A stretch of 64,000 nucleotides of DNA. It comes from Octopus vulgaris (lineage: Eukaryota). Below are positions 24,950-38,168 of the stretch, piece by piece. The stretch is taken from positions 95,728,001 through 95,792,000 of the forward strand of contig OX597823.1 in assembly GCA_951406725.2 (NCBI GenBank), given 5' to 3'. Position 1 is the first letter of the stretch; every line of letters begins with the position of its first letter. Below the pieces are notes generated by a model that saw nothing but the letters and a program-made list of their open reading frames with translations, searched no databases and was not told the DNA's origin. The translations under genes were made by a program, and so were the position numbers.

Positions 24950-26230
24950 TAGTTAAGGAGAGTGAGCTCTAAAGATGAATAGTGACAGCTTTTGATTGGG
25001 TGTGGGAGAAAGGGGAGAGAGGTGGATAGTAGTTGGGAGTATTAGTGTGTGAGTATGGTTGTGTGTAGGAATGAGCAGGAGAGGGGGGAGGAGTAGACAT
25101 TATGAGGTAATGGTGTTAAATGGGAGTGGATCAGAGCAGGTGACTGGCAGGTTCTGAGAGTCACACATGTGCAGATATGACATTATGTTTGAAAAAAGGG
25201 GCAAGGAGATGATTTGTCTGTATGTGAGCGAGAGAGGGAGAAGAAAGGGGTTGGAGAAAACCCTTTTCAATTATTGATTCCTGTGTTGGTAGATGTTTCC
25301 AATTTGTAAACCCTTAATTGTGGATGTGTTAGATTTGCCAGTGAGCCATTGTCTTTGGGAATTGTTATGGGAGTGCCTAGTGGAATTAAAAAGTCAGATT
25401 AAGAGTTACGTGATTGTACCATCAGCCAACCTTGTGATTCCTCTCACCAACATATAAAACACAAGGAATTTGGCATTATATGTAATGGTGTCACATAAAA
25501 AGTACCCAGCACACTCTGTAGAGTGGTTGCCCTTAGGAAGAGCATCCAGTCATAGAAACCAATGCCAAAGCAGACAACTGGAGCCAGGTTCAGCCCTCCA
25601 GCCTTGCCAGCTCCTGTCAGACTGTCCAACCCATGCCAGTATGGAAAATAGGTGTTAATTGATCATGATTGTGGGAGATGCCAGTGAAATGTCAGCAAGT
25701 TGGGAAGTGGAACTGGGGCCATGCAAAGTATCGAGGCAGTGAGAGCTGAGTCAGGTGTGGAAAGGATTGTGGGGCAGAATGTCATGGTTTTTGTAATGTC
25801 TGATGATGTGAAGAAGGATTCTGGAATGGTGGAAGAGATAGCGGAGTCAACGGGGCCAACAAGATCAGACTGGAAGAAACAAAAATTATAGAATGTGGCA
25901 TGCTGAAGAGGTTGTGTGGTGGGTTGGAAGGGGCAGATCAAAGGAGTGCAGTTAAATGGGTTGGAAGACAGAAATGCAATGAGAGTGGCAAGGGTTTGAA
26001 AGCTGATTAGAAATTGTTCCTGTTTAGAAGGAAGTGGAGTATTTGGTGGGACTTGAAGATAGAACCTCCTCAACTGAGGTAGAGAAATTACAAGAAGACG
26101 ATGAATGATTTTGTGTGATTTGGGTGGAAGGTGGAGAAGTTGAGGTGTGAATGAGAGTCAGTGATTTTGTAAGAGACACTGAGGAGGAAGATGAATGGAA
26201 GTGTTGGAGATGATGGATGGGAAAATGTCA
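24950..26230 (-). mobile_element. Degenerate Penelope-like element related to 35105-35950
   Basis: Minus strand near 26080-26180 encodes SYKITDSHSHLNFSTFHPNHTK, matching the PLE Y.KPTD.H.YL...S.HP.H.K motif. Confidence 0.55.
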
Positions 26231-26749
26231 AGACAAGATTAAGAAAGAAAATGAAGGAGGTGAGTTGTTTTGTGAGTAATAAAAGTGGTTCAAAGATGTT
26301 GTTGATAATTTAGTGACCTTTTGGCACCCATAGATACTCTAATGTTTTACTGATAAAATCTCTTTGAAGCGAAAAAAATCATTCAGATGGAGCAGAAAGA
26401 GAGGGTATTTGTTAGGGGTCTGTTATGATGGTGTCTTGAGGGAATTGACATCTGAGGTATGAAGTAGCTGGGAAAAGCCAGGAAGTGGTTGAGTTGAAGA
26501 GGCAGAGGAGCTATTTGTGAAAGAAGGATGAGTTAATGAGAAAGGATGGGGGCTGGAGGGAAGAATTAAGGGTTGGAAGAAGAGTTATTAAGAAATAGAA
26601 AACTGTAAGAAAGTTTAACACATGTTTTATGTGCTTTACAGTTTCTTACTTTTTCCATTTTATATCCTGGGACTGATTACTTTCCAGACTAATCAACTAT
26701 AAAAAATTATACACTGATCACTTCTTTCTTTCTTTTTTTATCGTTTCAG

Positions 26750-26755
26750 GGATGA
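26750..26755 (+). CDS. ITPRID2: Probable terminal coding exon of the ITPRID2-like gene (Gly then stop), followed by 3' UTR
   Basis: ctgat branch-point-like motif, long polypyrimidine tract and tttcag, then GGA TGA in phase 0; AATAAA at about 27382 and 27607. Confidence 0.6.
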   Translation, partial: G

Positions 26756-27685
26756 AAAGACTCGTTAGATGTGCTTTCTGCAGTCGTTTATTGTTCACAG
26801 TTGACTTGATATACGGAGCTTGAATTCACATCCATACATGTGTGTGTTGTGAAGAAAACATTTTTCAACTCGTTTCCCTGTGTGCTTTTAATTAACTCCA
26901 ATGAAATTTGAAACAACAATAGGACCAAAAGTATATATATAACCTTGTGTATGTATATATATATATATATATGCAAATACAACCGTCATCACCACAGCCA
27001 CATCATGGATTGAAATTAAACCTCATATTTATATTATCCTCTCTTTGATGTTGACAATATTCCAGACTCGAGCATCTTCCACACCCCTTTTGAAGTTTAA
27101 CTGATTTTTAAATCAGAGATCTCTTTTTAGTTGAATTTATTTAGTCTATTAAAGTCTTTTTTATTTTTCTAAAAAAACGGACATTATTACCAAAGTAACC
27201 AATTCTATATTTTCCTATCAACTCATTCAACTCCTTCATCTTTCATCCAATTTTGCTTAATCTTTAAATTTAAGGAATGATTAATGTTATTTAACTTTAT
27301 TTAGATTTTACATCACCGAACGATATTGTTTTATTTTGCTTTTGTTCTCTCTTTTTTTTTTTTTTTTTTTACTGTTTTAGCAATAAAGATCACAAAATAT
27401 TTATTATAATCTTTAATTCTATTTATTGCTGACCCAAAACTTATTTTTATATCAACATTTCCACAACATTTCCTGCAAGAATCTACCCTAAAATATTCTA
27501 AACACCCTTAACAAATGACCCTTCCTAATTCTCAAATTCTTCTCGCCCTGTCTCTTCTTTCATCTTTGTTTTTATAAAATGAATTGACATCTTGTATCTC
27601 TTAAAGAATAAATCACATACTCTTGCTAAAAATTAGTTGTGTTGCTTAAATCCATTTTTTAAAAATTTCTTTCCATGTTTGTATC

Positions 27686-28709
27686 TGTAGGAAATACGAC
27701 CGTACGTAAGAAGTTGGTGACAAATGTCTCCTTTAGAACACCGCACAGTCTTTCCTAACAAAATAAGAAGCTAAATACATAGTTTAAAATACAATGCCGA
27801 AAGGAATAAATGATGACAACAAACCGTTCTACTGTTTGAGAGAGAAGAAGACTTTATTTACAATGTGTTCAAAGATAGCGTGTTGTGAGTGCTAGCAAAG
27901 TGTTGTGTATGTGAGCATGCGATAAGTGTTTGTGTCTGTGTGTTTGTGTATGCGACAGAAGGTACAGATAAAGGTGTATGCACATAGAACAGAAATACAG
28001 AGCATAAGATGAATGTCTCAGCATATTGAGTTAAGATGGGATTAATTTACCAGTTCATGAGGTACACAATAGTAAGTTCTATAACAAGATATTGGGGGTC
28101 TCGAGGCAGAAGCCAGTTGAGCGTATATGCAGCGGTTGGAACCTCAATGCTGAGCCGAGTCTCTTGATACAGATAGTTATTCAGGTAAACTGTTTTACCA
28201 GGCTGAATAGTCACAAACAGTGTGAGTTTAAACCTGTGTGTTGTTGATGTGTACATGTTGTTGAAGTCAATGGAGATGGAGACGATAATGGTGATGACGG
28301 CAGCGGAGATGGAGAATGTCCTATGATGCAGGTGTACATTAGCACCGTTGTGGTTAAAGCAGGAGTATGGCTGGCAGGCTGGTCGTCTGTCGCTGGAACT
28401 GGAACATGGCTGAGTAGCTCTGTGGTCAGTGACTAGACCTTAGAAGGTCTGAAGCCAAAAGACCTAGAATAGTGAATGCTGGCCTATTTATAGCCTGTGG
28501 TAGGCTCAAATGAAGCAGGCCTTATCCGAAGGCCGTGATTGGTTGGCTTACACACTGGCGCGAAATAAGTCGAGAGACAAATCACGCCAAATGCCAACCA
28601 ATCAGAGCAGTGGACACAACAGGGTCAAACTAGCCAAAGATGGTTGTAATCTCAAATGAGATCATTCCTAATGTGTCTCTCAAACAGTGAGGATATCAGA
28701 TACACTACA
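27686..28709 (-). mobile_element. Solo LTR (about 1.02 kb), probably Ty3/Gypsy
   Basis: TGTAG...CTACA termini, 4-bp TSD TATC on both sides; minus-strand TATAAATA at about 28485-28492, CCAAT boxes at about 28540 and 28598, minus-strand AATAAA at about 27853. Confidence 0.85.
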
Positions 28710-31179
28710 TATCTATTCTGTGTATTATTGAGTTGAAACTGATTATTGAATTATTGAGATCTTTTCACTAAGAACTTTACAGAACACTGCACCAGGCTGG
28801 CTTCACATTGCTGTTTTTGGTTCTGTGAGTGAATTTAATTTCATGACTGTCACCTAACAAACACTGGTCAATAATTGTGTAGTTTATTTCAGAAGTGAAC
28901 CCCACAAACCCCTCACCATGTTAAACTTTAAATGTTTTTCTAATCACTTAAAATAAAGAAACAGTTTGAAAGAAAAATTTACTTTTAACTTTTCTTGCAG
29001 TTCAAAATAAACCTGAAATAGTTTTAGCTCAAAGTTTACATAAAGCTGGCATGAATGACACAACATTCATGTGTTGATGTGAAAATAAGCATAAAATTTT
29101 GAATGTGATAGATTTCCCATCTTCTCTGACTTGCAGCCCCTTGAATGTCCTCCAAACCATATTACATTATTAGGACTGGCTGATGGCTTCATCTTCAATG
29201 GTAACCATACTGAGTGATTTCCTTGATTTCTTTTTTCTTACTTCAGATCTTTGGGACAAATTCCATACCATACTGTGGTGATTGGTATAGAATCTCTATA
29301 ACCTGGTTGAGTATTTTTCTTCATAAGATGGCTACCTGGGTATTGTTGATTTAACATGTAGCAAGCTGTTACACAATGCATAACTAGGCTGAATTGAATG
29401 TTGACCAGTGGGATGAGATATGAAGCACAGGGCAGCAGGTTTAGACTTGTAACCTATTGATTTAGTCATTCATGTCCTGACCCAATAATATTTAGTTAGT
29501 TCTCCATGTTCTGCATTGCAAAGGTCAGTTATTCTCCACTCTTTACACCCATTGGCTGTAGCAGCTAGTTGCACTGAGCTGTTACAAGTGATGCAGTGTT
29601 TCAGTAATGTCTCAACATCAACCATGAGCATGAAGGCCACCACTGCTTCTTTATCACCTCAGTATGGACACTTATTAAAACAAGACAACACTTAAGAGAT
29701 ACCTTAGATAAAAATGATGCAGTATAGCCAACTGGTCAGCACGATAGCAATGACCTGCATTGGATAATAATCGGTGTGGGTAGAATATGTCCACAAATCT
29801 CTTTTTTGGTCTTAGCTCATGTTATAAGTTATTTTGAACCTTTATAAGAAACTTGGTTTGCATATCAACAAAGTAACCTTAAAGCTCCTTCTTTTAAAGT
29901 CCAATTTCCAGCTCCATAGAAAAGGATGCTCCCTACAAATACCCTGAAGAAGGATAGCCTTATTGACTTTGAAATGCTTGATTACTTGATATAGTAAAGC
30001 TCGCCACTGGCACTCTTGGATTTTCCATTACATTTCAGGAAGTGTTTCTTTTCACTGTTAGTGACATCGGACACAAAGTGAGTTGTGCATTGCTGGAACA
30101 ATTTGGCACTGGAACAATATAATAGACAAAACTCTTTAAAAATATTTCCAAAGGACATAATCACTGATTTCTATCTTTCATGATGACTTGCATCAATTTA
30201 TTGTTTCAATATTTTCAAAAATTCTGTGTGGTTCTACCACTGTAGCTGCTACTGCTTTATTTTATGGTAAAAATTTCTTTTATTTTTAATTAAAATAAAG
30301 TTTCAGTTTCTTTGCCTTCTGTCAGTCAATGGTTAATATTTGACTGAGTTACTAAGCTATTAGAATGACTCATTTAATCATTATGACAAGCAGTGATGTT
30401 AAACTGCTACCATGACAACCAATGTCATTTCTTCTTTAAGCAGAAGTTTGAAAGCCAAATCAGCAGCGAGAAGTTACAATTGGATAAAATCTCCAAGCAG
30501 TTTAAATACACAAATCTTCAATATCCAAGGGGCTAAAACCTATCAGCAGACAGGTACCCAGGAGTATGAAGCCTAGTGCCCTTAGAGTGTAGGAAGTTAA
30601 GGGCCAAAAGATTTTCATGAGTTGGGTGGAATTGTTTTCTGAAGACCTGCTGTTCAACTCCCTTGAAAGTTTCTGACCATGTTTGGGTGGTGCTTGGTTG
30701 TCATCCGCAAACTCGTGTCTTTGTGTGTTTGAGTCTGACATCTATCAGTGTTGACGTCTATCAAATGACTTAGCCGTGTATTTGTTGGTTTCATTAGTTA
30801 TGGCTCTTCCCAAGTTATCAGAGCCATTCAAGTAAGCTCTGGACATAACGTATTCCCCTCTTGATCAATGGACAACATCTTAGTTAGAAAGAACTTGGTT
30901 AAGAAGAGTAAAAACTTGTGTGACTATATTGATTTTGAATGTGGTAATTCTGAGCACAGAAATATTTCATGTCAATCTTATAATTCTGCTCAAGATAAAC
31001 AGTGCATCACCTGCAAGGCCATGCACTTGTTTACCTTGATATGAGATCACTGTGTTGCACACATATGGTTGTGATGCATGAGCTTGGTCTACCCTTATCA
31101 GACGAGTAGTCATGATGGGTATATTGGGCTTCATATATTTGTACCCCAGTGTCACTTTGATGGCATGTGTTCTCTCTCA

Positions 31180-31560
31180 ACAGGGGACATGGTACCATAG
31201 GTTGTAGGCAACAAGCCCACTACACATGCAAGACTCCAGGAGTTCCAACAAAACCTGAGATAAAGAAATAAAAATAATAATGGAGAATCAGGTACTTGGA
31301 AGTGGTACCGATTATGGTTGGTGCACTGAGAGCAGTTATTAAGAGGTTGGGTGCATGGCTTGAGAAGCTAGGAATAACCATTGGGATGGTGCTGTTGCAG
31401 AAAACAGCCATTTTAGGAACAGCAAGGATTCTAAGAAGGTTAAGGGAGACAGAATGGCGCAAAGAACCTTTGGCCATTGTATATAGCTCACTCTTTTGGT
31501 ATAATGTCAGGATGACATCTGCTAGAGCAAAAGTGCTCTGGACAGTAACGTTAATAATCA
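31180..31560 (+). mobile_element. Two stacked 3' fragments of RLE-type (Dong/R4-like) non-LTR retrotransposons
   Basis: ORF 31296: VVPIMVGAL...LLQKTAILGTARILRR, a typical RLE-element C-terminus; 31185-31280 matches the 3' UTR at 39505-39595. Confidence 0.75.
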
Positions 31561-32899
31561 TTTCTATCATAGACACTATGGTCAACTGGTAATTATTTTA
31601 TTGACCTCAAACGGATGAAAAGCAAAATCAACTGTGGCAGAATTTGGACTTTGAACACAAAGATGGAAGAAATGCTCTTGAAAGAAATTATTTCTTGGAT
31701 TCTTAGCCAGGAATTGAAACCCTTGCCTAGATTTTTCTATAAGATCCTTTCCATTGTTTTCGGCATTAGCACTAGGAAACTTATGAGGTCACCTGTCACA
31801 CATTTTGGTTCCATTGTTTGAGTGAATATTGAAGATTCAAAAGCAGGTTAACATAGACAAGATGATTTACTTTCCATCGTACTCTGTCAACCCTTCAGCT
31901 TTCCAATATGAACCCTCACAGAACATTAGGAGGAGGTCAGTCATTTTGGCTTCCATCAGTAGTATTTTGTTCACTTTCCAGTAAGTAGCTCTTTGTAACA
32001 GACACATATTAAGGCTGCATGAGCTTTACCATTGCCATTCTCCCCTAAACCTTGTGGAGTTCACAAGAAAATAAAAACTGTTAGCAATATCATTCTTTTA
32101 CGTGTTGATTATTATGGTTCATATTACACAGCCTTACGAAGTTTGAACAATCTAACAATACCTTTTACAGGTTAAACATTTTGCCCAGCATGCTAACAGT
32201 GCTGCCAGCTCACTTTCATAATAATGATGATGATGATGATGATGACAATTTCTTTTATTGGCCACAAGGGCCCAAGACATGAAGGACAAGTTACAACACA
32301 AAACAGGTGGGGATTGAACAAGGGGAGACACTACAACATTAAAAGATATTTAAAAAAAGAATATATAAACAGAAATAAGAAAAATAAAAAATAGAATCTG
32401 CAACAGCAGGTAAAGCCACCCCTACAAAAAGTCCCAAATTACTCTGCCATCATAAAGGCATGGGAAGTGCCTTCTTCCAGTTTCTTTCCTTCTACTCAGA
32501 GTTGGCCCATTCAGCCTCTCCAGTCTTGCCACTCTCATCCACCTCTAAACACACTAGAAGTCAGTAACTCCTTCTCTGCCATTGCTTTCTTCTTCAAATG
32601 ATATTTGAAAAAATTGACAAGAGCTTGGCCATTTTGGAAAGTGTCTGTCTTCAAACCTTGCAGAGGAGTCTGCCACACAGCCTCTTTTTCCACAGCCACT
32701 TAGCAGAGAAAGATCTGCCTCCCTTCTCTGGTAAAGGAAGGTGGTACATCCACCTCCACTATACACTGGGCAGACAGCTGGGTTTCTAAAATGAAATTGT
32801 AACAGCATACACAAGGCTTGAGCTTTTAGTGAAGGTGCCGAGTCCAGCAAGTGTCCTATGGAACAACAGCACAAGCTTGGCTATAATCAATCTTCTTCT

Positions 32900-34800
32900 G
32901 ACCCACAACAGTGAAGGAAATTAATATGGACAAAAGAGAACAACAAATTGTTATCTGAATGCTATATTATTAGGAGTGAGCCAGAGAAAAGAGGCTGCAG
33001 AAAACTGCTACCAGAGCTCTGGAAAAAAAACATTACCAACATGTTTCACTGAAGGATGTGAGTGGACAACAACTGGCTGACCAAATTGGATGAATTAAGA
33101 TCAAGAAGTGTATAGAAAAGATTGAAGAAGAGGAAGTTAATAATGGCAGTACAAAAAGAATTTCAGAGGACAACAGTTTCAGAAGAAATATTGGTTGAAC
33201 AAAAGAACTAACAGAGCTTGGACATGGAAAGAAGAAATGTATTGGCTCTAGGAAACCTTCACATGCCTCAAACTGGAGGACCACCAGAGGAACTAGCTAA
33301 TCTCTGTGGCAGAATTCTAGAAGTGATAGCCACTGAAGAGAGGGAAAAATTTGTCACCATTGAAATCATATGACAGGGTCACATGATGAGAAGTGAGGAA
33401 AGCAAATGAGGTTGTTATGAGAATCTTGATTAAGGACATCGTGGAGTTAAGTTCTTTTGCTGTATTCCACTGTCTGTGTCATTGCAGGAAAGATAGGGAT
33501 GTTTAGAGAGAAGAAAGAACAGAGATGTAAAGAACCATTCTGGAAAAGGAGTGAAAGTATAAGAAAGATTGAGGAAGTAAGGAGAGGAAACAGGAGGCTC
33601 AGTCAAAGTGAAAAGAAGCACATGAATAAGAAATACTACTGGGTGGACAATGACACTTTGTCTTGGATTTGTTAAAACAAAAGATCAAAGCACATGGTGT
33701 TAAGATCAAAAGATAGAAGGAAAGGTGCTTACAGTTTAAGCAAAGCAAACTGTTCAGAACAAATGAGAAACTGTTCTAGAAAACTCTGAACAAAGGAAAC
33801 AAGGAAGAAGCAGAGTTATCTGATCCCAAAAGAAGCAACTTCATTTTGAAGCTGGATCTGTTGAGAGGAAGTCAAACACAACAGGGCACTCTGGTTTCAA
33901 GAAGTAGAAGAACTGAGTGGCAGAGAGGTGCAAGATGACATTACCATCATACTGGAAGATATACAAGGAAGATGTAATGAGATGGGAAAATTGCAGGCAG
34001 CCACATCTGACCTAGTTCAAGGGTTTGGGTTCAAGGGATTGATGGATTTGCATCGTAAGCAACAAGAGCTCCTCAAGGCTGTGAACACCAAAGAATTGTA
34101 CCTGTGTGGACGGTGAGAAGAACTGTGTTGAGGGTGCCATAGCCAGTAACTATCATCTGATTGTTTGTTTATCTATTTTGTGGATGCTTCTAACACGGAT
34201 AATAGGGGTGAGGGCAAGCTGTATGATCCCCTTGAAAGAAATGAACAGCTTGTATGAACAGAAAGGCTACAAGAAGGGATCATGAGAAACAAAGGATCAG
34301 ATGCGGAGATATAAGGCAATTTTGAAGAACTGCTGGAGAGGGTTGACAAACTGATCAATGGCTTGGAAAGATTATAAGAAGACAACTATATGGTTCCTCG
34401 TCCGTGAATTCTAAAATGCCTGGAGATGGTAAGGATGCTAAAAATATGATTTATTTATTCAAAAACAGTTCTAGGAAATGGACGACAGTCTTGACACCAG
34501 GTAGGAGGGAAATTAGTCAAGTCAGCATCAGGAGGAGAATTTTTCAAGGAGACTCCATGTCATCCATGCTGTTTGTTGTTAGTATGTTACTGCTTTCCCT
34601 GGTTTTGAATAAGATTAGAACTGGTACAAGCTGCAGAAGAGCACAAGACCAATTAACCTCCTGCTGCTTAAGGATGGTTTGAAGCTTTACAGTGCTAGAA
34701 GAGGTCAACTGGACTCCCTTATTCAGACCATACAAATTTTCTTACATGACATCCAGATGACATTTAGTCTAGAGAAATGCATTGTTATTGAATGCCAAAG
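32900..34800 (+). mobile_element. Degenerate RLE-type (Dong/R4-like) LINE, N-terminal and RT region
   Basis: ORF 34404: IRRRIFQGDSMSSMLFVVSMLLLSLVL (RT GIFQGDSLSP motif); multiple stops and frameshifts. Confidence 0.6.
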
Positions 34801-35104
34801 AGTGCTGTTATATAATAGCAATCAATATATATAATGCTCTAAGTGTATTTGTCTATATACTTATTTTTGTGAGTGACACTTAACTATTTGAAGTAGGTGG
34901 CAAGGAGACAAAAGTGAACAACAGTGAGAGCAGAGGAAATATCACATACATTTGGATACTAACACACACACACAAACTAATGTAAGCATATATGCATGTA
35001 TGTATGTATGTATGTATGTATGTATGTATGTATGTATCTATGCATGCATGCATGTATGTATGTATTTCTCAACATTTCTGTCAGCATACATCACTCCACT
35101 CTCA

Positions 35105-35950
35105 CTATCACCATCTACAACAAGCACACTGACTCACATTCCTACCTTAACCTCTCCTCCTCCCACCCTACCCATACCAAGCTCTCAATTCCTTCATCTA
35201 TGCAGAATCTGCAGTGATGACCATCACTTTGAGATTCAGTTTCAACTCATGGCTCGCTACTTCATCCTACATGGATATCCTCTTGCTATTATCTACACTG
35301 CCCTTGTCTGGGCACAATCTGTGAACCATGCCTCTGCACTTTCTCTTTACACCCGCCCCACCCTTACCCATCTCCCATTTCCCCCCACCTACCACCCCTC
35401 CAACGCACCATTCTTCAATCCTTCCAATGTGTCCAGTCTGACCCCTCTACCTCACACATCTTCTTTAACCTATCCCTTTCCTCCTTCAAATCAGCCCATA
35501 ACCTGCGTGACCTCCTGATCCACATTTCTTTCCTACCCCCGCCTCCCAGCCTTGCTCCTTCCCCTGCTCCTGGCCACGCTGTCGCACCTGCTCCTACCTC
35601 TCCAACACCACCATCCTCACAGGCACCCATCACCATCCCTATCATGTAACTGATTCCTTTACCTGCACCTCTAGTAATGTTATTTACTGCATCTCCTGCT
35701 CTCTCTGTACTTCCAATTACATTGGTCAAACAGGACGCTGCTTGGCTGACCTATTTGCAGAATACCTCCAAGACATCAGACTTGGCAATGACATCCCAGT
35801 TTCATGCCACTTCCATTCTACCAGTCAATCACTATAACATCTGTCTATATTCAGACTGCCACCCGGACTCTTGCCTTTGCTGTGAACAGGAATTAATTTT
35901 TTTTTCTTCATTCCTTTGCACCATATGGGCTCAAATCACCTCCTATCTTC
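35105..35950 (+). mobile_element. Penelope-like element fragment (RT thumb, Cys-rich linker, GIY-YIG endonuclease; Neptune-like)
   Basis: TDSHSYLNLSSSHPTHTK / SQFLHLCRICS...HGYP; then C..PRCRTC...FTCTSSNVIYCISCSLCTSNYIGQTGRCL; frameshifted. Confidence 0.85.
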
Positions 35951-36830
35951 ATCTGACACCAGCCCCACACGGATTCCCATACACCTCCCACATTCAACTG
36001 TACCCCCTTCACCTATACACCTTCATACTGCCCACCTCGGTACCCTTAACACATACACACACCATTATACACACTCATACACACTGTTCAACTCATCACT
36101 CACTTCACACACCCACAACACCATTTCACTGCACACACATTAGCACCAACCACTTCTCAGCACCCACACCACATATAATCTTCAATGACATTACCTCACA
36201 TACCACTATGTGAGCAGCTACACACATTGTTTAATTCAGTGCACACACCACATACCACACATTGTCATTCACACTCCCACACCCACACAAACACAAACAC
36301 ATAATACCTGAACACAGACAATACACACACACACACACAACATGCATAGACAAAGATAACTTTCGTTCACAAGCATACACTATACACATGCACACTATTT
36401 GGCCAGACACACACATACACATGTGCACACACCATTTGATAAACCACACATCTATTTCTTTACTATGTATCTATTTCTTTACGATAAACCACACATCAAC
36501 TGCTACACACACCATACACACACACATACATGCAAACACACACACACCATTCTCATGCACACTCACTCATTGCAGCTTAGTTTGTTGGGATCGTTATTAT
36601 TATCTCCCTTTCATTCAACCTCTTTTGGTGTATAGATTTTATATATTAAGAGAAAGGAGATATTCAGAAATTGTGTTATTTATTTAGTGCTTTCCTCCTG
36701 CTTCAGGGATTCATCTGGAATAATATTTTTCCAGAAAATGTATGCCTTTTATATGTATGTGAGTTAATTGAAAGAATTTGGAGTTAAATTTGGAAGAGAA
36801 TACATGTGTGTGTGTGCATGGGTATATATG

Positions 36831-36862
<32 letters not shown>

Positions 36863-36864
36863 TG

Positions 36865-37141
36865 TGGTGAATTTTTAGAGGCTTGGTTAGAGGGAGAAAA
36901 AGGAAAAAGAGAAAGAAAGAAAGAGAGAAGGAGGTCTTTTTCTGAGATGGTTGAAATTGTATTGTATTCTTTGATCAACTTCAACTGTCTCAGAAAAGGA
37001 TCCCTGTTTATAGCTGAGTAGCATGATAACTGATGAAAGAAGACAATTTCAACCATCCCAGAAAAGACTCCTTTCTCACTACCTTTCTTGCCCTTTCTTT
37101 TAACTTTTTCCACTTCTAACAAAGCCTCCAAAAATTCACCA
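36865..37141. repeat. Imperfect inverted repeat / MITE-like foldback, arms 36865-36960 and 37043-37141
   Basis: TGGTGAATTTTTAGAGGCTT...GATGGTTGAAATTGT versus ACAATTTCAACCATC...AAGCCTCCAAAAATTCACCA, embedded in (TATG)n. Confidence 0.75.
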
Positions 37142-37815
37142 TACATCCATACACATGTATATATATGCACATATATAAATATATATATTATGGGCTTCTT
37201 TCAGTTTCCATCTATTTTAAGTAAGAATTTTCTTGTTCTGTACTTTACCAGATGTAATTAGTTGTCCTGAACTTTTCCAAGTGTAATAATTTGTCCCGTA
37301 ATTTTCTAGGTTTATAATCTTAAGAATATTATTTCTCTTGCTCACATTTTCCCATGTATGTATTTGTGTCAATACTTATTCAACTTTTATTTATTTTAAT
37401 TCATATATTCCACTACATTCCTCTATTACATTTTATATTCAGCTTACAGAGGCCTTCGTTTCATGTATTCAACTTTAGCCGTTTTGCTTATTAAATTGTG
37501 TGATTGTATTTCTTAAAACAGGGCGAAAAACAAATCATTTGAAATTTTGGATTGAAAATTCAGAACTCCAGTGTGTGTTGGCACCTCCTCATATCTACAT
37601 GAAAAATCTTGGTCTTTGGGAACTTTTGCTGTGAATGTAAATAACAATGCTTATTATGTACATTTGTATCCTTTGTATGGAATGTGTCAAACATGTAAAT
37701 GTGCAGTTTTTTTCATAAACTAAACCTGCTGCCTCTTGAAAACCTTTGGAAAATGTACGCAACTTGCTTGTAAGATCATGTATTCATGCATAAAAATGCA
37801 TATATTTAAATAAAT

Positions 37816-38168
37816 ATCAAACCTGGGCACCAAACCATTACACCATTAATTGTTAGTTAACAAAGCTAACATTTTTGTTAATGATTTAACTTTTAAGTTA
37901 ACTTTGGAAATCATTATCAGACTAATTAACTTGAGTTAATGGAAGTTAATTAGTCTGTTAATTTCAATTGAATTGAAGTTAATGAATTCTATAATTTTGG
38001 CACTTTTTAAAGGAGTTTTTAGGTGGTTTTAGAGCAAAAACTGATTTTTTTTCTATAATAAAAATGAACGTGAACAATTTATCGATAACTTTTGTTACAT
38101 TAGGAAATAATTAACTAATTAACAGTTATTGAAGTTAACTTTTCGATTAATGATTGCCCACCTTTGAT
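37816..38168. mobile_element. Possible AT-rich MITE
   Basis: Imperfect TIRs TATCAAACCTGGGCA / TGCCCACCTTTGATA; internal GTTAAC-rich repeats. Confidence 0.45.

Noticed and set aside
37030-37070. CTGATGA as another hammerhead core (also at about 51890)
   Set aside because: No stem II followed by GAAA and no stem I could be built
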